DNA from: Tubiluchus corallicola | Taxonomy: Eukaryota > Animalia > Priapulida | Direction of reading: 5' to 3' | NCBI GenBank assembly: GCA_030141605.1 | Contig: JAQGDQ010000319.1 | Span: 1-64,000, forward strand | DNA length: 64,000 nucleotides | Shown: in pieces, positions 25,562 through 37,023 of the stretch | Position numbering within the stretch: the stretch's first letter is position 1 | Layout: each line of letters starts with the position of its first letter | Notes under the pieces: model-generated | The model's database searches: none | Told to the model about the DNA's origin: nothing | The model's input: the letters and a program-made list of their open reading frames with translations, nothing else | Position numbers and translations under genes: made by a program

Positions 25562-27365
25562 AGAAACACTTTGCTGATGGCTTCTTTACATTGACATTAT
25601 TTTCTAATCCATTACCTTGTCTGTATTTTCACCTGACAGAATGTTCCGCATATTGACCAGTAATCTAACATTATTTTGCCACGTATTTATTTTGTTTGCC
25701 CCGCTTTTGTGCTAGATTACCTATGCCGACCGACCGTGTTTGCATTAGTAATTGTTCACTGAGGTGTCGCTTTAATACTGAGTCTAATGGAATCGATTGC
25801 CAAATGGATCGAAAAATCATTCTATGGAATGCAGATACCCCGGCTCTTGTCATTGCACATTAGTTTTTTAATTAATAAAACTAGTCTATTTCAAAGATGG
25901 CTCGCAGTGCTTTGATGCCACTTGTAGTGCGTCTGATGCCACTTGTGTGGGTGGGTCTGTTTTGCTATTTCAGTGGTTTCATTGTAAGTGTTATGGTATT
26001 CTCAGGTTTTGAAGTTTATATTTTAGATAGCAAATATTGAAAAATTGACTTGGTCTTGTTTCTGACTCAGTCATCGTCCATCTAAACTATTTGTTCTTGG
26101 TTTATGACCTTTACTTGTCTAAAATTTTATTAAAATTCACCCAAAACATTTTAAGGTATCTTAGTCACTGACAGTAGACACTCAGATTGAAATTGTTACT
26201 AATTGTTACTGGTGTCAATGAGCAAAAGTTCATTCAACTGCGTGATCAATTGGTGGTCCAATAAGCCTTTTCACAGTTTTGTTGTATGCACAACCAGTTG
26301 CTGTAGGTCAATGGTTGAGCGACCAACAGCAGTGTGTCTTAGCTACAACTGCCACGTGACATGTGGTAGAGCAAAGCCGTCTGCCTTATCAATTCAGTAA
26401 CTTCAGTTGTTTTACGTGGACTTTACTTCATTATGCATTAGTAATCTCTGCGTACGGTGACTTATTACTGGGATCTTACTTGGGAACAAGAAAAAATGAA
26501 CTAGGTAAGATTCTAGTTAGCTGTTAAAGTGGTTACTATTACAACAACATAGGCTGTGAAGTGTTGTCAAGTGTACACAAATGCATTGTCCAATATACTT
26601 AACTGATGACCTATTCCCGATCATCATCAATCGCTTGAACTGTGAAAATCTTATTATGCAGACCTCGCTGAATAAAAGCTGGCATTTTGTATCTAACTGT
26701 TTAAATGACATCGTTGTTTAATTTTTGCACAACCTGATTTGCATGATACACTTACATTTGTAAGATTTTTAAGTAAATTTGCACTAAACTGCACACGAAA
26801 TTGGCAGGTTACATTGCAAAACTCTTTTCAGTTTAGTTGTTTTATTGCAGTGCAAAGAAACAAATGTTTAGTACGATGACTGATATATTCACACAATACA
26901 TAATCAGCAGTAATGTCACCTGATCTGCTATGAGTACATGCCAGCTGTATGACATCTAAGTGTAAAGTGAAACAACAAAACATAGCTAAACAATAGAATA
27001 TGGAATAGAATAGAATAAATTTATTTAACAACGACCAGTCAATTATTACCACGGCACCCAAACTTAATGCAACGAATCAAAACTGCATAGACACAGTACA
27101 ATAATTATTTGTGAAGGTTGTTGTACGGAATAAGGAGGAGCGAGTGCTTTCTAGTCTTCCTCCTACATGTGGCTACCATAATTGACAATGTTGATATGTA
27201 ACTATAAGTTGGTTGTAATTAGAAAGCTTGTGAAGTTTATAATGCAATTACTACATCACTGTGATATTGCAGTACCTGAACACTTCAACGTTTCGAACAA
27301 TTAAAAAACATTTTGTCAGTGAAATTCATGTAATACAAGTAATCTTTTTATTTTCATGCCTGTGT

Positions 27366-28757
27366 TTAACGAGCGTTACAACTTACAACATTACAACTCA
27401 TAAGTTTCTTGTAAGCAAATTCAACAATAATTGTAAACAGTGCAACACCGATGCCAGATATCAAAACCCAGAAAACAACGTCAAGTTGCTCCACATTAAT
27501 TGATAATGTGCCTACTTGTTGCTTGGGTGAGTCTAAACATGTTTTCGATGGCTGCATTAATTGTTCTAGCAGTTTGTCTACAAGGCCATGTTCTTTTAGT
27601 GTAAGAAGAGCAAAATTTAGCACTTCTGTATAGTTGCTTTTCTTTGGTACAACTAATCCTGATGATCTCAAAAAACTTGAAGACAGGGCGATGGAAAATC
27701 TACATTTTCTGTGTAAATCATAGTCCCGTATTAAGTATAACTTTGCATATCGTTCTTGTATAAAGAATGTATATTTACCAGTAGATGTCAGCTCTAATGC
27801 CGATTCTGAATTGTCGGCAGGTACATTGGGATCCATTTTCATTCTCTGCCACAGTTGTCTATATTCTGGCCTCTTTTTCATTTCTCTGGTGGAGCTGTAT
27901 TGACCTATTGTAACTGGGGTTATGTCGCTGTTTATTAACTCTTGCAATGTATTGAACGGATAAACTTGCTTGCTTACAAATAATTTACTAACCAGCGTGC
28001 CTGTGTACATGGCTGTGATGATGCAAGCAAAAATCCACCACCATCCAATTAGCATCCTAGCAGATAAACGCTGTGGTAGGTATGTTCCACCTTGTTGAAG
28101 GTATGACGATAATGTGTACCGAGTAAAGTATGCCTTACTTTGTTTCTTTGTCTTCTTTTTTTTCTGTTTTCTTTGGCAATTCCTGGATCTTTTACCTCTT
28201 TTTGTATTGTACAGCTGCTTTTCACTATAGTCAATGCAGTAAAGTATCAGCCCTACAGCTATGCCATATAATACCAGAAGCAACCACACGAGTGTGGAGA
28301 ATGGGTCTCTTATACTGAAACCTTGTAATTGATGTCTTTTTGTGATAAACACGTGAGAATCATAAGCAATTGGATGAAGAAACGTCATAGTTTTTGTTCT
28401 TTCTGGTAGCATTGTGAGAAACCCAAGAAACAAGTCAAATTTTCTGGTATCTGGAGCTTCATTTAGTTTCCGGTATGAAATTTTATATGTAAAATTTGCT
28501 GCTTCACTGAGCATGATAAGCAGCTGGTCCAAAAATGGCCTCATGGAGTCGACTCTCCACATTGTCACCCGAAGCATTGCTCCATGAAGCGAGTAACTGT
28601 GTCTGCTGGAGTTTTTGCTGTAAAATGCATGTAAATTACCCTGGTTATGCAAATTACTTGTCATCGGCTCGGCTTGACACAAACACCCATCTGTATCGAA
28701 ACATTCAAGGAAATAAAAAACGATGGCACAAATTTTGAGAAATGATCCAAGCAACAT
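27366..28757 (-). CDS. iGluR/IR-like protein, copy 7 (intact)
   Basis: 463-aa ORF, closest to copy 3, with a 4-aa in-frame deletion in S1 (APDTRKFD). Confidence 0.9.
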   Translation of the reverse strand: MLLGSFLKICAIVFYFLECFDTDGCLCQAEPMTSNLHNQGNLHAFYSKNSSRHSYSLHGAMLRVTMWRVDSMRPFLDQLLIMLSEAANFTYKISYRKLNEAPDTRKFDLFLGFLTMLPERTKTMTFLHPIAYDSHVFITKRHQLQGFSIRDPFSTLVWLLLVLYGIAVGLILYCIDYSEKQLYNTKRGKRSRNCQRKQKKKKTKKQSKAYFTRYTLSSYLQQGGTYLPQRLSARMLIGWWWIFACIITAMYTGTLVSKLFVSKQVYPFNTLQELINSDITPVTIGQYSSTREMKKRPEYRQLWQRMKMDPNVPADNSESALELTSTGKYTFFIQERYAKLYLIRDYDLHRKCRFSIALSSSFLRSSGLVVPKKSNYTEVLNFALLTLKEHGLVDKLLEQLMQPSKTCLDSPKQQVGTLSINVEQLDVVFWVLISGIGVALFTIIVEFAYKKLMSCNVVSCNAR

Positions 28758-30817
28758 TTTTCACTTTGGAAGTTAAATCATAAAGTTCAACCAATTCACA
28801 TTATGCAGTCGTGATATTCCCATGCAGGTAAAATGACCATTAATACATTTTCTGCTGATCGCGTTTACTGCATAGCCACTTTGTTATGGTCCATTACCTT
28901 GTGAGCATTTTTACTTAACATAATGTTTGGTGTTTCGATTAGTGCAGTAACATCGTCTTGCTTTCCCAAACATTTGTTTTACCTGTTTCACTTATGCTAC
29001 CTTTCTTGTGCGAACTGTGCTAATATTACCTGTGAGCTAATATTATGACAATATCCAGCCTAAAAGCATGTTATAATTCAGAATTTGAAAGACAACGTAC
29101 ATGTCTCTCTGTGGTAATGCTAATGCATTAGTCTGTTGGGTATTCAATTTGTTTGCTCTGGTGTCACTTGGATGGACGGTCAATTTTGATTTTCTGCGAT
29201 GTTCTATTCCTAGTTTACCTGCTGTTTCACTCATTTGACACCCATTAAACATCCATCTAAATTTATTTTTTAGGTTTTATCATCAGAATTTAAATTGTTT
29301 GTTCTTGGACAAATTCTGCTCCTAATTTTGTCAATATTTAGTCACTTGGCTTTTGGTATACACCTTGTGCACAAAGTGACACAGTTTTCCAATAGACTTC
29401 TAAACTGAATTCGTAGTGAATACTGATTTTGTTTCATTAAGTATTCATGCTGAAGATTCACCTAACCCACTTTGAATCATGGCTCTCCTCTGCACATTTT
29501 ATTGAATTATGTCTAGTTTTTTCTTGACGTTTTGTAGACAGAATGACGGCTCTCGATCCAGTGAATGTACAACTATTTTTGGCATTGATACTTACTGCAT
29601 AAACTTTTTGTCAATGATCTTTCAAGTGTCCATAAGATTTACCGCCTAGTGTAACCTTTACAGTTTGGAGTCAGGGAGAACATTACTGTGTTATCAGTAC
29701 GAAGGGATGGAATCTTTCATAAAGGCGGTAAAACCGAATATTTTTCAATCTTTGGGACTTGAACTTGAAGTTTTCGCACTGGGAAAATTCAGTGTTTTGT
29801 TTTTTTAATGCCTAGCTGTAATTTGCTGTATTCGCTGCCCTTTCTTCACATATTTGTTTCCAAATTAATTATATTATAAGTGTGCGTGTGTTAAAAGATA
29901 AATAAAAGATTATTATTATTATTATTATTATAATTAAAGTTAACCATTATGCCCCAGTTTTCTAAGAATTTCTGCAATTATTCATTGTCACGGGACGGAA
30001 CATATACCTGCTACTGAGTAAAATGTTGTTTGTTGTGTTTAACTGGGCAATAGTATTTTCATTGTAGGTGCATGTTTCTAACAAAGTTGCAATTCTTCTA
30101 AACAGTGTCACGTGATCAGTCAATGTGATTTTTATGTAATGCTAAATTCAAAGTTCAAGTTTTAGTAGCGTGTTATGATCTCTGGGGATTGCCACTAGCA
30201 ACACCCATTCTTAAAGCAAACCATACGATTGTTCAGACTCAATTTCATTTTAATTTACTGTCCAAAATATACATTTTCTTGCCTATAAAAGTTAACAATT
30301 GTTCCTTATATTTGAATAATTAGCTTAGAAAGTTAATTAACGGCAACCGAACACAGCTATTGCTTACGTCAGGGAACTAACTACAGTTTACAGTTTGTGC
30401 AATGGCAGGCATCTTCCCTTGCGCGTCAAGCACATTTGCATATGTGTTACAGTACTGCTTAAACGCATGATGTCACGAAAAATGGGCTTTACATCATATC
30501 ACTTCAGAAACTAACACTGCGGTTCATGATCATAGTTATTGCGGTACCGCCTTCTATTTGTCGGCCACGCGCATGTGACAAAAAGGCACCGTTGCCAATC
30601 TTAATGGATTTACTGAGCCGCACTTAGCTTTGAAAGTTTGACGAAATTTGAGTATCCGAGGTAATTATTATTTAATCTAAGCTTTGATTTAAAAAAGGCT
30701 ATTGTAGTTTTCAATATTTTAGAGTATTCTTTATTCTGAACTATTGTTTACTCAGTCATCCAGTTTTCCTTTAAACTAGACGTTATTTTTGTAATAATTT
30801 TGTTTTTGTTAATTCAG

Positions 30818-30934
30818 ACGAAGAAATTCTTGATGTGATAGCCGACTCTGCGGAGAACAATACACTGCTCAAACGTGACAGTGTCTTTGCTAGATTGGAT
30901 TTTCTACTTAAAACTGGCACTTTCCAATTATCAG
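30818..30934 (+). CDS. VPS13D: VPS13D exon
   Basis: ttcag|..|gtaatt, phase 1/1; DEEILDVIADSAENNTLLKRDSVFARLDFLLKTGTFQLS. Joins exon 1451-1676 in frame. Confidence 0.88.
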
Positions 30935-31910
30935 GTAATTTACTTTGCATTTTCAGTTTTATATTAGGCGACGCAAATAAACGTGCGGAAGTTTTAATTA
31001 TGAAGATGAAAATAGTGGAACCACTTCAAAAATTACCACGCTGATGTTTGAGGCTCTTGTATAAACACCGAAAATTTTAGGTCATTTGCTTAGATTTTTC
31101 CAAAGATATGAAAGTCAAAAAACAAATGCCAGAAAAAAATAGTGTCATTATTGCTAAAATGTATAGTAAGTTTATGTGTCCACCGTTCCTTAACGGGTAT
31201 TTGGTCCTAGCTCACAACAGTTTTTGCCTTTAGTGCCTCTACATCAAACATATCTCATGTACATTTTCTTGTTCAAATTCAAGATGCCATAGTTCATAGG
31301 GTTTGACACCTGTAAAGAAGCTGAGAAATTGTGTATACCTGTAAAGATGCTTAGGAAACTGTCAGCAAACCAAACCATAACTTTAAGCATCTGACCTAAT
31401 TTCACAAATGCATCACAAATCAAACGTCACAAACGACTAGAAGAATAAACAACTGATAGGCTGTTTCTCTAACTGAAATGCCTGTAACTATTTTTGTTAT
31501 TTGCACAATTAAAAGGCATGTAGAAAAATACAATAAACTAAGTGATAGTCTTACAAATGTTACAAAACTCGTCAAAGATCAGAAGGTTACAGAAAAAACT
31601 TGGCATCAGTAGGGCAGACATTTTGGATTTCCATCAGTTGCACAGTGGTTAATATACTGTAGCATTTCTTGTTGTGCACCGATCATACAGCCAATAGAGA
31701 GAGAGAGAACTGTGAAAGCATGCCTTGGGTCCTAATTTCTCTTGCTGTCTTGTTGATTTTTTTAGCAATCCATAAGTCTTTCTAGCCGAACAATTAATAT
31801 CTCCTGTTATGCAAAGATCAACAGAGAGATTTAGTTAAACATTAGACGTGTATTGAATACGTATTTGAACGCAAAAGTAAAAACGAGCTTGAAAAAATTT
31901 TGAATTTCAG

Positions 31911-32080
31911 ACGGAAAAAACACAATTTTTGAACTGAAGTTTCAAGAAGTGTATATGGATTTTGAATCGAGGTTGAGATACAATTCTTCTCAATTTCATG
32001 TCGTTCTTGGCGCCCTCTACTTGCAAGACATGTATACACGAGATTCAATTTTTCAAACTCTCGTGTCGCCAAAAAATTGG
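31911..32080 (+). CDS. VPS13D: VPS13D exon
   Basis: tttcag|..|gtaagt, phase 1/0; DGKNTIFELKFQEVYMDFESRLRYNSSQFHVVLGALYLQDMYTRDSIFQTLVSPKNW. Confidence 0.85.
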
Positions 32081-32616
32081 GTAAGTTTTTTTCCGGAAGT
32101 TGCTTAAGCTCATAGTTTTGTCCTAAATCCCACGAACAGATTATGTTTTGTAGCGGCTGTATTGTGCATCTTTGGAAGAGGTGCTGAGTTTGCTTATACC
32201 TCTGTTTGAGATGCAAATTTTTAATTTTCATGGTACATTTGTTGTGTTCAGTAGATTCAGCTAGTCACTATGTGAGATGTATTGTGTAGGATTCATCATA
32301 AGGTAGGTTCACACTGTTCACGGTTTGTTGAATACTTGTTTCTTGTTTTTTAGCGACATAAGTCATGCAAAATACATTATAGATTTTATTGCACCAGCTT
32401 TGTTAACTTAGAAAAAATATAAATTACTGTGCAAATATTTATGAAAAAAAGTCTTGAAAATTTTATTTTTGGGAGGATTTCAACGCAGATTCTTTTACTG
32501 AACATGCAGGTTTGAGGGTTTGTTGGCAATTTTCCAGGAGTAAAAGAATTGTTAAATATTCTTGTTTCAGACTTTTGATGACAGGTGTCTCCATCTGGGG
32601 CATACGTAGGCGGTCT

Positions 32617-32810
32617 TTTGAACGCTATACCTTGAAAACTTTTCACTATATTTATTGACGTTTATGGATAGCAGTTTGATTACTTTTTGCAATATACATT
32701 TTAATATTGTTCTTTTGAACGCTATACCTTGAAAACTTTTCACTATATTTATTGACGTTTATGTATAGCAGTTTGATTACTTTTTGCAATATACATTTTA
32801 ATATTGTTCT
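32617..32810. repeat. ~96-bp direct tandem duplication (2 copies)
   Basis: TTTTGAACGCTATACCTTGAAAAC...ATATTGTTCT occurs twice. Confidence 0.8.
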
Positions 32811-33005
32811 TAAATGACACCAAATTTCTTGAAAAGACACCAAATTTCTTGAAATCAAGATGGATGAAGACTTTTGATTTTTTCTTGGCATTGAATCGTC
32901 ACAATGTAAAAAATCATAGATACGGTTACTTTTGAGTGAAAATTTCGTAGAGTGAAAAGCTTACTAGAGAAACGGGGCCTAAAAAGATAAACTATATTTA
33001 ATTAG

Positions 33006-33214
33006 GATCTCCTCCAGGGAGGGACTACGCGGAGACATTCGGACATTGTTCGCAAGCACAGCGGTACGAGTGGTCAACGTAAGCTGAGTTGTGCAGAGAC
33101 GCAGCGTAAAATCAGCGAAGAACTTCACTTCCCGGACGTCTTATCAAACGAGCAAGGAGCAATCTTTGAACTGACCTTTGAAAAGAATCCGTTAAAATCC
33201 ACAGCAGATTACAG
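33006..33214 (+). CDS. VPS13D: VPS13D exon
   Basis: attag|..|gtttgc, phase 0/2; ends GAIFELTFEKNPLKSTADY(R). Confidence 0.82.
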
Positions 33215-33558
33215 GTTTGCTAACTTTTCTATCCAATCTGTGGGAAGTAATACGTACAAAAATCTTGCATATTTTTTCATAAGTTGTTTTTAGTTAAATG
33301 TAGTGATAATTAGTGTTGTGGCTTTGATTTCATTTGGATATAAATGTACAGTTTTGAAACAAGTAATTTGATAGTCAAAAGAAAAGATAAAGTTTTTTAA
33401 ATTTCTGCACAGCGAATTACTGCCTAAATATAAATATTCAGTTTTTAGAGTAGCAGCAGTTAATATTTAAGGGAAAGATTCTGAATATTAAAATTAAAGG
33501 CAAAGTTGGTAATTGGTAGTTATAGAAGCTTTTGGGTCTAGAAAATTATTGTTAAGTA

Positions 33559-34995
33559 CAGTAAATCCTCGCTTAATGACGTCCCGTTTTAACGACGTTT
33601 CGTTTTAACGACGTTAGACATTTGACACCCTTTTTTCACTTAACGACGCACCGTTTCATTTTAATGGCGCTGGACATTTGACACCCTTTTTTCACTTAAC
33701 GATGCACAATTTCATTTTAACGACGCTGAACATTTGACACCCCTTTTAACGATGCACCATTTCATTTTATTGACAATTGTTTTGGTTTACACAAAGCTAA
33801 TTTTTATTTTATTAACTAAGATGTATAGGTGGTTTCAAACAAGCAGAAAGAAATTAATTATTAGCAATATGAATGAAACTCGTAAAATGTTTAATTTACA
33901 TGATAGAAGCAGCATTGTGTTTTGCCACTGGAACATATCCCAATTCTTTTACATTACTTTCAATGGAAATCTTTGGTTCGTTTATCAATGCTTCGCTTAA
34001 CGTCGCATTTTGTTGAACACACTAGTGTCGTTAAGTGAGGAGGAACACACTAGTGTCGTTAAGCAAGGAGGAACACACTAGTGTCGTTAAGTGAGGAGGA
34101 ACACACTAGTGTCGTTAAGCGAGGAGGACCACACTAGTGTCGTTAAGCGAGGAGGAACACACTAGTGTCGTTAAGTGAGGAGGAACACACTAGTGTCGTT
34201 AGGCGAGGAGGACCACACTAGTGTTGTTAAGTGAGGAGGAACTCACTAGTGTCGTTAAGTGAGGAGGAACACACTAGTGTCGTTGAGCGAGGAGGAACAC
34301 ACTAGTGTCGTTAAGCGAGGAGTAACACACTAGTGTCGATAAGCGAGGAGTAACACACTAGTGTCGTTAAGCGAGGAGGAACACACTAGTGTCGTTAAGC
34401 GAGGAGGAACACACTAGTGTCGTTAAGCGAGGAGGAACACACTAGTGTCGTTAAGCGAGGAGGAACACACTAGTGTCGTTAAGCGAGGAATACACTAGTG
34501 TCGTTAAGCGAGGAGGAACACACTAGTGTCGTTAAGCGAGGAGGAACACACTAGTGTCGACAAGCGAGAACACACTAGTGTCGTTAAGCAAGGAGGAACA
34601 CACTAGTGCCGTTAAGCGAGGAGGAACACACTAGTGTCGTTAAGCGAGGAGGAACACACTCGTGTCGTTAAGCGAGGAGGAACACACTAGTGTCGTTAAG
34701 CGAGGAGGAACACACTAGTGTCGTTAAGCGAGGAGTAACACACTAGTGTCGATAAGCGAGGAGTAACACACTAGTGTCGTTAAGCGAGGAGGAACACACT
34801 AGTGTCGTTAAGCGAGGAGGAACACACTCGTGTCGTTAAGCGAGGAGGAACACACTAGTGTCGTTAAGCGAGGAGGAACACACTCGTGTCGTTAAGCGAG
34901 GAGGAACACACTCGTGTCGTTAAGTGAGGAGGAACACACTAGTGTCGTTAAGTGAGGAGGAACACACTAGTGTCGTTAAGAGAGGACTTGTGTAA
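33559..34995 (+). mobile_element. Tc1/mariner-pogo-like MITE with its right terminus amplified into a satellite
   Basis: TA|CAGTAAATCCTCGCTTAATGACG at the left; GTCGTTAAGCGAGGA (inverted match) reiterated at the right. Confidence 0.7.
34017..34990. repeat. 28-bp minisatellite, about 34 copies
   Basis: Unit ACACTAGTGTCGTTAAGCGAGGAGGAAC. Confidence 0.95.
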
Positions 34996-35160
34996 CTTAA
35001 TGTTGACAAAACGTGCAAAATTAAATCTCATTGTTTACAATTAAAATGTTTTGCTTGACTGACTTTTCAGTTTCTTGTATAAAGCACGAAATAAATGCCA
35101 TTTTGACCAATTAGATCAAACAAGTCGAATTTTGTCTAATAATTTCATATGTTGTTACAG

Positions 35161-35368
35161 ATTAAAAGTTGTGACGCGTTCACTAGATATGACTTACAAT
35201 CCTCATGCAATCAGACGGATAAGCAAGTTCTTTTCTACTCGTCAGTCAGCAAAACACACGGAATTGATGCTCACTCAAGCAGCTAGGATTCGTTATGAGG
35301 AACTGAAGAGTCAGACGAAGGCTGAGTTACAGCAGACGTGGGACAAGCTGTTGGGAGGAGATCATTTA
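35161..35368 (+). CDS. VPS13D: VPS13D exon
   Basis: ttacag|..|gtaaat, phase 2/0; LKVVTRSLDMTYNPHAIRRISKFF...AARIRYEELKSQTKAELQQTWDKLLGG. Confidence 0.9.
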
Positions 35369-35587
35369 GTAAATCTGCTTTGTAACTTTTTCATTGCTAG
35401 TTTATCTGAGTTATTTAAATAAAATAATTAGGCAGGAAGTGCATGAAAGAGCCAGGAATCAGCAAGTTTATTGAGTGATGGTCATTTCGACTGTTGAAGC
35501 CATTATCAAATTATGAATCAAAGCAAAAAGATGAATTAATGATACAGAGGCACAAACTGAAACTACAAAACAGCAGATTAGAATTTA

Positions 35588-36272
35588 CCATATTTTCCCA
35601 TGTATAAGAGACCCTTTTTTGCTCAGAATTTTCACTTTAAAAATAGGGGGTCTCTTATACATGGGAGTAAGTCTTTTCAATAAGATGCATAAATTGTGAC
35701 ACTAATGATTTTAAAGAAATAAGTGCTCTACAACTGTTTTATTTCGAATAATTATAGTTTCCTTTCAATAAATCTTCTCCATGGCTAAATTCTAATGATA
35801 AAATTAATGTACCGGGTAAGTTATTATTTTTTTAAATGTCTCTTTGGTATTGGAGAGAAATCGATTGTTCTGCAGCCAATCAACGCATCTGCATAAGCTC
35901 TCTGCATGCCCGTCGACGTCATTGATACGTCGGCAGAGGTCAACGAGATGAGTCAGCCTAAGCAAGGCGTGTCGCGTTCGACTATGAAGCGGTTGTAAGC
36001 AATAAAAGCATCGTGACACAGGCATTATCTCCTCGTTTTCTCTTTTCCTGTTACAGGTTTGCAGGTACGCACTTTAATATATACGATGAACTGGCTGGAA
36101 TTGCTGAAGGTCTGACTCCAGTTGATATTTTTGATGAGAGTGATGAGGAATTTAATGATTTCTATGATGAATAAAGTTATTCATTACCAAAAAACATTTT
36201 TCCAGAATTTTTGCCTAAAAATTGAAGGGGTCTCTTATACACAAGGGTCTCTTATGCATGGGAAAATACCTG
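35588..36272. mobile_element. Non-autonomous Tc1/mariner-superfamily MITE
   Basis: Inverted termini TATTTTCCCATGTATAAGAGACCC and GGGTCTCTTATGCATGGGAAAATA, flanked by TA, with subterminal GGGGTCTCTTATAC repeats. Confidence 0.72.
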
Positions 36273-36823
36273 TAATCATCAAAATAAACTGGAACAAATT
36301 GCAGGGAAATGCATAATTTTTTACCTAACTTTTGAGAATCAAAAAGAACACATTGGGTAAACAATTAATCAAAGTCTACACAATGAAGAACCACAGTAGT
36401 AAACATTAGAAGAATAAAACGCAACTTCTACATTTTGCACAATTTGCAACAAGTAGGAACTACAATAAAGAAAACCAGCAGCTTGTCAATGTAATTTATA
36501 GTTTGATAATGGCTTCAGTAGCCGAAACGATTTTTACTCAATAAAATGAAATTATTTAAAATATCCAATTGCCACAGTTCATAGCAAATAACTCCTTTTC
36601 ATTTGAAACTTGGAAATGGTTTCCGTACATTTAAATATACAATATGACCACGAAACTGAAATATTCACTAAAACAAATTTATTATATAGAAGCTTGTTTT
36701 GAATATTGTAGCTGTTTGTTGATGTTAGAGGTTTGAATGAGGTATTCTCATGCTTATATGGTAGCCATTGTAAGTCATTACGTGATGAAACCTTTTAAAT
36801 AAATGTTTATATTAAATTTTCAG

Positions 36824-36913
36824 GCAAAGAAGAAAAGATGGGATATAAACCTTGACATCTCAGCACCTCAGGTTATAGTGCCTGAAAACTTCCAGAATCC
36901 AAACACACCTTTG
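36824..36913 (+). CDS. VPS13D: VPS13D exon
   Basis: tttcag|..|gtaagg; AKKKRWDINLDISAPQVIVPENFQNPNTPL (VPS13 repeat motif). Confidence 0.9.
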
Positions 36914-37023
36914 GTAAGGAAATCAATGTACCGAGGATTATTTATGACTGTTTTGTACAATTGCAACAAACTAAACTACTTTTTGTGCTTCATTTTTATA
37001 GAATTAACTGTGAAAAGCGCCTG

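Noticed and set aside
6636-28738. Short + strand ORFs overlapping the receptor genes (e.g. MPDIKTQKTT...)
   Set aside because: Antisense shadows of the duplicated coding sequence.
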